Assembly: GCA_964016885.1 (NCBI GenBank)
Contig: OZ024740.1
Location: forward strand, 159,278,001 to 159,342,000
From: Eledone cirrhosa
Lineage: Eukaryota
Reading direction: 5' to 3'
DNA: 64,000 nucleotides
The notes beneath the pieces are model-generated. The model made no database searches and was not told the DNA's origin. It was given only the letters and a program-made list of their open reading frames with translations. How positions within the stretch are numbered: the first letter of the stretch is position 1; each line of letters starts with the position of its first letter. The position numbers and the translations under genes were made by a program. Positions 53,452 to 64,000 of the stretch are shown here, in pieces.

Positions 53452-55712
53452 GGAGAGAGAGAGTGAGAGAGAGTGTGTGTGTGTGAAAGAAAAAGAAAGC
53501 TAGAGAAATTGAGTTAGTAACGTCTGGAATTCCTTTGAATTTTACGCGATCTGCTGAGAAGGTAGACGAGATAGATAGATGGAGAGAGAGAGAGAACGAA
53601 ATAGAAAAAGAAAAAGCAGTAAGAGAAATTGAGTGAGATTAAAAGAAAGTGAGATAGGGAGAGAGAAGGAAAGTGAAAAAGTAACACGCACACACATACA
53701 CGCACACACTTGCACAACCTGTACTCAATTCAAACTCATTTTCACTGTACGTAGTAAACGAATAGTAAATTAAATAGCATATACATTTAATTGATGTATT
53801 TCTATTTAATTAATGTACAAATAATTACATGTTAATACTGATTTCAGAAAGTTAGATAGACGCGTGAACGACCTTCAAATGAGTGTAGGTTGTGTGTGTA
53901 TGTACCTACAGCTGAAACCAGAGGAAGAAGGTATGTGGACCAGTTGGCATGTATCTGTAATCTGTAATCTTACTCGCTCTAAGTTCTAGCTTTTATATTA
54001 TGTTCTATGGTTTGTAAGTACATCACCTACACTACATATCTCTATATGTACCTGTAACCCATACATAAATCATGTGTATTTAGCACTGGTTATGAAAATA
54101 TTTAATGAGTAGTTTGAAACTAGCGAAACCTACGCTTTATTTTTTACTAGAGCCTATTAGTAGCTTTGTTGTCTGTATTTCATATCTGACTTGACCTATT
54201 AGAAGTTTTCAGAACTCACATTTGGTCCGGGTTTATAACTAGCTTTGTACATGCTTGTGTGCACGTGGATTAATCAGGTAGACAACCAGATGCAGGATAA
54301 ACTTGTTTGAAGCACTCATTTACAATTAAATCATCAATTAATCTTATTTCCCGACATCACTTTATTATTGCTTATTTTTTATAGAAACATTTCTATATAA
54401 TAATTCAGATTCCATAATGTCAGCAAGTTAAGACAGGGATTGTAATTCCGCTGATGAAGACCAATAAAGCACAAACGTTCAGAGTTGTCTCACTTGCATG
54501 TTAGTAAAAAAATGTTTGATAATACGTTAATATTTGTTAAATCACAAAATATAATCATTTTATGGTTATTAACTCTGATCTGTAAACCACTGAACATAAT
54601 CAAACCCTTTCTTGATGTGAATTCCCAGCAATTACGAAAAGGTTTTAGGCTGTTATTATCGCTCAGCGAATCAATAAAATATTTCAAGGTCCCCAAAGAC
54701 AAAATAGTAAATGCGCTACCTCAGAATGATGGCGAGGCAGATATGTTGAAAGATTCATCCTACATCATGGAATTTATTCCTATAGATGACCATATCTACT
54801 CCGATGTGTAGAGTGTGGTCTAGAGCATCGGGTGGATTTTTCCACAACTGAAGATCCCCTTCGATTATGGCTGGCCATAGGTTTGCAACAAAAAGGTTTC
54901 TCTCGGAACTCATTTCTTTCGAGTGAACTGGAGTAACGTGAAGTAAAGTGTCTTGCCGAAGACGCCGTTCGATCATCGATTAGAATACACAACCTCACGA
55001 TTCTGAAACCAACACTCTAATCACTATAGGCTCAAAAAGAAAAATATGAGAGCAGTCAGTACTTTGTTATCGTCGAGTGATAAGGTGTGCTGGATCTAGC
55101 GTTAATTTTATCATGTTTCTGCTGGAGAAAGTATAGCCCTAGGTCACATCCCAAATAAGGGTCTTGACAAATTAGGGATGGGTAACTGTAATGCTGTGTG
55201 AACATTTGTCGACTCCACTCTACAGTCTAACGCTACCAGGGATAAGAGACCAAGTCCATTAAAATTATAAAATGCATAACATTTTAAAAAGGAGTGGTTT
55301 GTCTTAGAATGTACCACTAAAATAAAAAAATAAGTAAATAAAAAAATATATACATTACTAATCCCTCTGCATTGAGTTAAAAATATAAAAAAAAAATAAG
55401 ATCAGCTCATGCTGTGTGAATTCTCTCCCTTGCTTTCTCCTACGTGTCTTAGCACCGTAAAAGGGCAATTTGGACTTTTCTTTTTCTTGCCATATTTAGA
55501 ATGATTGTCTACTGAGTAAAGAACTCAATTAATTTAAAAAAATAAATGTATGCATGTAATTATATACATAGGCATATATATATTTTCTTAGGCTAAAAAA
55601 CAGAGAAGTTACAACCAATAAAAACCACAATATCGCACAACAGTAATAAATACGGAAAGTCAAATTTATAAGGTACCTGGAAATAAACACCTCTGGCCAA
55701 TCAAGATATATA

Positions 55713-55960
55713 TCTAGGGCGGGTAAAATTCCCGAGATCCATGGACGAGTTCACTCCAGCGGTCTCTGTCCCTCATCATCGCCGCCATGTCCTGCGTCTC
55801 CAAGAGACCAGTGTCTGTCCTTAGGGCATCAACATATGTTAACATTGGTCTTCCTCTTCCAGTGTGTCCATGCAGGGGCTCCCACAAGAGCACTGAGTGC
55901 AGTGTCAACTCTGGATGTCGGTGAGCATGTCCAGCTAACCTCAGTCTTCTCTGTGTCACT
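55713..55960 (-). mobile_element. 3' fragment of the same RTE/RTEX-like LINE as 18365-19595
   Basis: RRLRLAGHAHRHPEL..GRGRPMLTYVD; same 3' end. Confidence 0.88.
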
Positions 55961-55984
55961 TTTCTCTATATATATATATATATA

Positions 55985-56850
55985 TATGATAATAATGATG
56001 GCTGCACGTTGCACATGGAGGGGCATATGAAAAAGTAGGTCCTTCATCAGTGACCCTCCAACCGTCCCAGGCATTTCATCGCTTTAAGGGCCATATGCCT
56101 CAGGTTGGTGCGAACAACGGCTAAAAAAGAGTCGTTGGGACACGTAAACAAAGGGGACGCCAGGGTAACAAACAAAAAGGTTTAAGCAACGGAAAGTGAG
56201 AAGAAAGAGACAAGTCCCAGATCTCTATGAATATAAACTCGGTGAAATCGTGAACAAGAGACAAAAGACCATCAAACCTGGTTGAAATGTGAGCAAGGAA
56301 AGAATTTCGCACAAGTCTAACGGGGGGGAAAAAAGAGAAGAAGAAGAAGAAGAAGAAGAAGAAGAAGAAGAAGAAGAAGAAGAAGAAGAAGAAGAAGAAG
56401 AAGAAGAAGAAGAAGAAGAAGATAAAGGGGTCTGGTCTACGAATTCGGTAAACATAAGTTTTGTGAAGTCGCAGACGAAAGAGAGAGAGAGAAAAAAATT
56501 TCCATACCAGCTTGGTCAAGACCGCGCGAGAAAAGAATTACACACAGGTCAAACTTGAAGGAGGAGGAGAGGTAGTGAAAGTTGAGGAGGAGGCTAACAG
56601 AGAGAGAGACTGCTAGAAAGGGTAAAAGGTACAAAGAACGAGAAAGGTTAAAAGGTACAAAGAACGAACAGACAGTGGCAGCAGAAGAAACATTATGTGT
56701 AAATATGATAATAATGATGGCTGCGCGTTGCACATGGAGGGGCATATGAAAAAGTAGGTCCTTCATCAGTGACCCTCCAACCGTCCCAGGCATTTCATCG
56801 CTTTAAGGGCCATATGCCTCAGGTTGGTGCGAACAACGGCTAAAAAAAGA
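55985..56850 (-). mobile_element. Family F1 partial-tandem element (direct repeats 55985-56130 / 56703-56850)
   Basis: Near-identical ~145-bp direct repeats, homologous to 5201-5519. Confidence 0.75.
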
Positions 56851-57366
56851 TATATGTGTGTGTGCAGTCTTGAAAAATAGCTTAACCAGCTAGATGTAAA
56901 TTTATGTAGCAAAGCCGAATTGCGATGGAAAACTAACTGCATTCAAACTACGTTTAACTAGTTATATCATTGATTGCAGTAAGCATGTATAGACATGCAA
57001 AATTTGTTCTTGTTACACCAAGTAAGTGCGTGTCAAATCCAGATCAAATCTCAAATTCAATAGGGAAATCACATCAAAAAAGGAAAACAACAATGAAAGT
57101 TTTGACGAGCTTCTAGGCGATTTATTAAGTTTGAATAACATTATCGCATCATATTGCAAGCAATGTTAGTAATGTCTGGCGGGTGTCGCGAAATTATTTA
57201 CATTTCAATATTATACATGCATCAATCCATCCATTACACGCAAGCATTGATTCATACTTTCATACATACGTGTGTAGGCTTGTATATATATATATCGGCT
57301 TGTATATATATACATCGGTGGTTCAGTGGTAGAATTCCCGGCCGATGCATCTCTAATTTTTGGTGA

Positions 57367-57580
57367 AGGCGTGTGGCTGAGTGGTTAGAGAATTGGATTC
57401 GCAATCGTAAGGTTGTGAGTTCGATTCCTGGACCAGGCGATGCGTTATGTCCTTGGGCAAGACACTTTATTTCACGTTGCTCCTTCTACCTGGAGTTGCG
57501 ACCGATAGATAGTATTAGCAATTGGAAAGACCAACGGAAACATTGATCCCTCGGTCCGATTTGACGAAAGTCGATCGTTC

Positions 57581-57582
<2 letters not shown>
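57367..57582 (+). mobile_element. SINE family B
   Basis: A and B boxes; match to 36637-36855. Confidence 0.85.
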
Positions 57583-57641
<59 letters not shown>

Positions 57642-57654
57642 TATATATATATAT

Positions 57655-57738
<84 letters not shown>

Positions 57739-58019
57739 AGTAAGAATATTTTCGAAACAGCGAGTGGGTTTGAAATTATTAGAAATGTAAGCTATCGCCG
57801 TATTTTGACTAAAGAAATTAAAGAAATGATTTAGCCTGATAGTGGGGTTAAGAACCCTCGGAGAAATGGAAAAAGATGAGTATTGACGTAAAGATGAGTA
57901 TTGACCCCACATCTTTGGTTATCCGGACCACTGTGCTACCATTTACACACTACATTTATGCCCTACCCATGCTAACGTGGAAGATGGACATTAAACGATG
58001 ATGATGATGATGATGATGA

Positions 58020-58057
<38 letters not shown>

Positions 58058-58063
<6 letters not shown>

Positions 58064-58421
58064 AAAAAAAGATGAAATCGAAAATGCAACTGGAGTCTTA
58101 TTTTAAAAGAAATATATATATTTATTTGGTTCCTTTACCGGTTTCGCAGTTCTTCTGATTTTCAAAATAGAGTTGAGATAGAGGGTCTGTGGTTTTTCTC
58201 ACATCTGATGTGAGATGTGAGAAAAACCACAGACCCTCCATCTCAACTCTACTTTTGAAAATCAGAAGAACTGCGAAACCGGTAAAGGAACCAAATAAAT
58301 ATATATATTTTTTTAAAAATAAGACTCCAGTTGCATTTTCGATTTCATCTTTTTTTCTTTATACTTTCACTCGTGTAGGACACCTCGGTTATTTTTCATT
58401 TTGTAAAAAAAACCTCACTTC

Positions 58422-58425
<4 letters not shown>
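58058..58425 (+). mobile_element. Family F7 fold-back element with the loop in flipped orientation
   Basis: Arms about 58058-58205 / 58214-58362; loop TGATGTGA. Confidence 0.8.
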
Positions 58426-58475
<50 letters not shown>

Positions 58476-58771
58476 CACATATATAAATACATGTTTATGC
58501 ATGTAATTTGTGTGTTGTATGTATTATTGACATTTGTAAGTGTTTGCGTGTGTAATTTATTGTTTTTACACGAAATGCTAGTTAATCTTAAGCTGAAACC
58601 GACCAATAAATACTATTAAAAAGTGACTCTGTATATAGATAATTGAGTTGTTATAGCAATAAATATAGTATAAATAGATTTGGGCGAAATATTTTAGAAG
58701 TAGGGAGGACAATAATAGGAAGAAGAGAAGAAAAAGAGAATGTTTAATTGCACACACTGACAGATATAAAG

Positions 58772-58870
<99 letters not shown>

Positions 58871-59567
58871 TAAAGTTCCTAAAGGAAAAAGTAGCCCTTT
58901 TGAGACCAAACTGTCTAAAGCTGCTCATGGTTCTATGCTACAGAGCTGTTTATTTTAACCTGTTCATATTTAATTCTAAAACTTCATCAACATTTTATGT
59001 AGAACGAAATAGCAAGATGTATTACTAAAAATTTCAAATAATTTGTAAATATGTGTCATTCAAGGATGGATTAAACTCTTTTAAGGCCCAAAGCACTTAA
59101 CAGATTATGACAACCCCATCCCATGTATAATGTCTGCTAAAATTATTTGGAAGTATAACAAATAATTTGAATAAAATAGTGCTCCTTTACCCTTGATGCC
59201 TCGCAGGTCTGTTATTTTTTTTTAATGGTTAATCCATCCGTGGGCGTCTTTCACTTTCATTAGCCATATGATAACGAGGGTTAAAAAACCTGTCATGGGT
59301 GGAAGCGTGGTTGTGGTGATGGTGATTGCGGTCATAGGCTGTTTTGTGTGGGGGATTGTTGTTTGTGCGTGTGCGTAGGGAGAGGGGCTTCTTTATGTAG
59401 ATATCCATGGTGGTATTAGTAGCGATGCTTATGGAGGTGACAGGAGTGCATATACAGAAGCCAGCTAGTGGGAGACTTAGCTACTGCCTTCAGCATGGGT
59501 GTTTCTGAAGGGTTAAGAAGTATACTTCATATTCACTCCCACTGTGTGGCATCTTGAGTTAGTGTCA

Positions 59568-59874
<307 letters not shown>

Positions 59875-60068
59875 ATTATAAAATGAAACATTGATAGTGA
59901 AGAAAGCGGTGGAGGTGATGTTGATGATTGTAGTTATTGTTGGAGATATAGTTGTTTAGCCCTAGGTCATCCTTGATTGGGAAGGACTTAAAAGGTACGT
60001 TAAAAAAGATACGAAAGATACGTTAAACACGACCATGTACATATATTGTCCTGACAGACAAACAGACA

Positions 60069-60132
<64 letters not shown>

Positions 60133-60479
60133 GACACAAACGCATATTAGATAACAACTTTCCTTTTAAACATATATTCAAAACACGACTCTTCTAATTT
60201 TGTGACTGACAAGTTTCAGAAAGCCAGTACCATGCAGTAGGAATATATAAAGGTCAACAGATGACAAATATAACAAAACAGAGTAATGTTTTACCCAATA
60301 TATTTCAACATGTTATTTCAGGGCTGTTTATATTATCTTTTCAAATAGAAAACGAAAACGTTTCATACCAAAAACGACCGATCCATAACTGGCCTAAGTG
60401 TCGAAAATACGCATGCGTGGGGTCGATACAGTAGCCAATCAGCTATGGGCATTTCCACTCTATTGTTCATTTGTGACTT

Positions 60480-62209
60480 TTTCTAGCTGATAATGGACTC
60501 TTTGATACTTAAATTTCCCATATTCAATTCTGTCGCCTCTATGGTGACCTCAATGTTCCGTCAGCGGCTTCTGTCAAGATGTATTTTGACAGCTGCAAGG
60601 CTGTGACGTCACTTTAAAAATAAACGCAACCATGCCTCTCCTGGTCTTGATGGTGTTACGTACCTGCTTCTCAAACGTGGAGGGTACTTCCTTCTGCACC
60701 AGCTATCACTCTTCTTTCAATTCTGTCTGAACAACAGTGCTACTCCAGAACAGTGGGAAACTGCCAGTGTCATTCCTCTGTTCAAAAAGGGTGACCCTAC
60801 ATCAGCTGTGAACTATCATCCAGTCAGTCTTACTAGCTGCATTGCCAAACTGATGGAATCCTGTGTCAGAGAAACGCTTTGAAACTTCTGGAACTCTCAC
60901 AGTCTTATCCGGCCCTCGCAATTTGGATTTATCCCTAACTCCAGCTGATGTGATCAAGTTATCGAGTTTCTTGAAGACATCTCCCGGATCACTGATAGCG
61001 GCTCATGGGTGGATGTTGTTTACCTTGACTTTGCTAAAGCTGTCAATTCTGTGCCACACAAAAGACTTATGGCAAAACTCTCTGCAATGGATGTGAAGGA
61101 TGATCTTTTTAACTAGTTGAAATCCTTCAGTCGAAGAGAGGTAGTCACGGTTCTGGGACAGCATTCCTCACCATATGAGATGTCATCTGGTGTACCACAG
61201 GGATCTGTTCTTGGCCCCCTTTTGTTTGTGGCATATATTAATGACATAGATGCCAACTTAAAGAATGCCACAGTACTGAAATATGCAGATGACATCAAGC
61301 TGTACCTTGAGATAAAAAGGACAGATCCTGAACACTATAGATCTTGCCTGCAGTCTGACCTGGACACAATGCAACAATGGATCACAGACTGGCAACTCAA
61401 GCTAGCTGTGGACAAATGTACCATCATGCATTTTGGGAGTAAAAACCCACAACACTAATATCAAGAAGTCTTCTTGTGATGGTGACCTGGGCATTACTGT
61501 CAGCAGCGATTTGCGTTGGACGAAGCACGTCTTTAATATTGTCAAGAAGGCCGAGGGTGTCTTAGCATCACTCAACAAGACCTTTGTCAGCCGCTCTCCA
61601 GCTATCTATTTAAAGCTATATATAGCTATGGTGCGGCCACACTTAGAATTTGCATCACCAGTCTGGAACCCCTATCTTGCTCAGAACATTGACTGCCTGG
61701 AAATTGTTCAGAGACATGCAACCAAGCGAATACCCTCCATCAGGCATCTACCATACTCTGAACGCCTTGCTTCCCTGAGCATGGATACATTAAAGCTCCG
61801 ACGCCTGGCAACTGACTTGGTAAACACCCACATAATGATTAACTATCTTGCCAACAACAACCCTGAGTACCTTTTTGATTTCCATGTGTCTAACAAGTCA
61901 GAAAACAGCACAGCTCCCATGACTTTCGGAAATATATTTTCACGCTCAGAGTTGCTGAAGCATGGAACAAACTACCTGCATCAGTTATTAGCTGTCGAGA
62001 CACTGCTGCATCATTTAAAACCTCCATGGTTCCTGAGATTCGCCAACACTACACCTAATATTCCCCCTCCATACACACGCACACATGTATATCATGACTC
62101 ATACACTATTCACTTCCCTGATATTTGTATATTATTCTATGTACTATACATGCACCTTTGACGAGTTGTAGTGCACCTGAGCACTGTACACAATAATTTC
62201 ATTATTATT
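60480..62209 (+). mobile_element. CR1-clade LINE RT remnant with stops and frameshifts
   Basis: PLFKKGDP..NYHPVSLTS, YLDFAKA, GVPQGSVLGPLLF, YADD, VRPHLEFASPVWNPY; ATT tail. Confidence 0.9.
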
Positions 62210-62212
62210 TTC

Positions 62213-62362
62213 CAGCATAGTTACGTCCTCTTACGATCTGAGTTCAAATCCCGCCGAGGTTAACTTTGCCTTTCATCCTTACGGGGTCGATAAAATAAAG
62301 TACCAGTAATGTACTGGGTAATTGCAGGCCTTGTGCCTAAAAGTAGAAACAATTATTATTAT
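62213..62362 (+). mobile_element. 5'-truncated SINE family A
   Basis: Match to the family. Confidence 0.85.
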
Positions 62363-62852
62363 TAAATGCTCTCGTTGTCCTGTGCTCCTTGAGCCGTATG
62401 TGTAACAATCGGACGGTATTTCGATGTAGGAGAAGCCACATGGTTTACATGTGACCTTGTAGACCACATAAGCTCTCATGCACGATGTATTTTGTTATAT
62501 TTGTCATACTGTACCCTATATATATTTCTACTGCATTGTACCACCTTTCTGAAACTTATCCGTCATTTTTTATATATGTTTAGTATTAACTATACTACTT
62601 TATTCGAATTTTACTTATGACCGTATTGCACTTCGTGTGGGTCTCATACGAAACAAACATAAATTGTACTCCCTCATATGTATATAAAAACACTCATACA
62701 TTTATGTATAAGTATATATATATATATATATATATATCGTGTATGTATATATATAGAGTATATCTGTAAATATATGCACATATACACACATATAGACACA
62801 CAGACACAGACAGACACAGACACACACCCACACACAAACACATACACACAGC

Positions 62853-62884
<32 letters not shown>

Positions 62885-63266
62885 CATACATGCATACATA
62901 GATACAGTATGTATACGATATTAAGGAAGTATAATGTGATACGTGGAACAACTTGGCTGGTATTTCTTGTAAGTCAGGCTTAACACATCAAGGAACCCGC
63001 TTCATTCTTGTTATGTTGAAGTGGGAGGTGTGTGGTGTGTGTGGCGGGAGGGGGGTGTAGAGAATCAAATGGTTAATAAATATAAGTTCCAGAATAGGAA
63101 GGTAATTAATTGGACGGATGGTATATATCGACTACGATGTTAATCACAGAAGCTAGAATAGGAAGGATGAATTTTATGGTTAGATAAATACAGATAGATA
63201 TTGGAATGGAGACAATACGATAACTGCTGGGACTAGTCTGGTTCGTTAAATGTTAGCTCTACTGGG

Positions 63267-63297
<31 letters not shown>

Positions 63298-63335
63298 TGT
63301 ATGTATGTATGTATGTATGTATGTATGTATGTATG

Positions 63336-63394
<59 letters not shown>

Positions 63395-63554
63395 CTGAAT
63401 GCGTACATACATATACACAGAAATATGTCTATATGTACACAACCATACATATTTATATATACACTTATATATATATATATATATATATATATCATCATCA
63501 TCATCTCCGTTTAACGTCCATTTTTCCAATATATATATATATATATATATATAT

Positions 63555-63750
63555 GTAACAAAGGAATTGTGGTAAGGAACCAGATCGACCATAACGCACC
63601 AGAATACTCAATACTTAGGGTAGTAGAGTGGGAATTAGGAAAAAGTATTACCTCAACGGCAGAGCTCAAGCCGTTTCGCCGGCTATTTCTGGTCCAGAAA
63701 TAGCTGTCGAAACGGCTTGAGCTCTGCCGTCGGGGTAATACTTTTTCCTA
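63555..63750 (-). mobile_element. Family F5 hairpin element
   Basis: Centre GGCTATTTCTGG-T-CCAGAAATAGC; long arm on the left. Confidence 0.8.
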
Positions 63751-64000
63751 TATATATGTAAATATATATATATATATATATATAAGTGTATGTGTGTTAA
63801 AATGTTTGTATATTTACATCTGTACGTATTTCTTTTATGGTTATATAATTAAGATCAAATGTACTAATTATAACAAGAATCATGTTCGTAGGAACACGTT
63901 ATCGTTAATTACTTCAATGGTATGAGAAAAACTGATAACAGCTTACACAATCGTACAGACAATCCCCCCCCCCCCCCACACACATATACATATATATATA

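Noticed and set aside
54485-54811. 108-aa non-repeat ORF and upstream CTGATGAAGAC
   Set aside because: No recognisable domain, and no GAAA closes the motif.

Overview
This is a repeat-saturated eukaryotic window, probably from an octopus-like cephalopod (inferred from the SINE and microsatellite landscape). The only well-supported host coding sequence is a large first exon (28251-29322, +) of a probable beta-1,4-galactosyl/GalNAc-transferase (GT7) with a poly-Asn stem; everything downstream is probably its intron. The rest is (TA)n/(CA)n/(GA)n/(TATG)n microsatellite, tRNA-derived SINEs and decayed LINEs (L1/Tx1, RTE, RTEX-like, CRE/RLE, CR1). Almost all short ORFs in the track are microsatellite artefacts. 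The most striking hidden signal is about 10 distinct families of short, (TA)n-embedded, asymmetric fold-back elements. Many carry recognisable type I hammerhead ribozyme (HHR) folds of the Penelope-like-element (PLE) kind: several are fully base-paired by eye, one pair shows covariation, and one family has a U3-A8 core variant. Independent copies share hairpin centres, one pair shows flip/flop loop isomers, and the short arms end at TA microhomologies. All structure and coordinates were read by eye; nothing was computed or searched.
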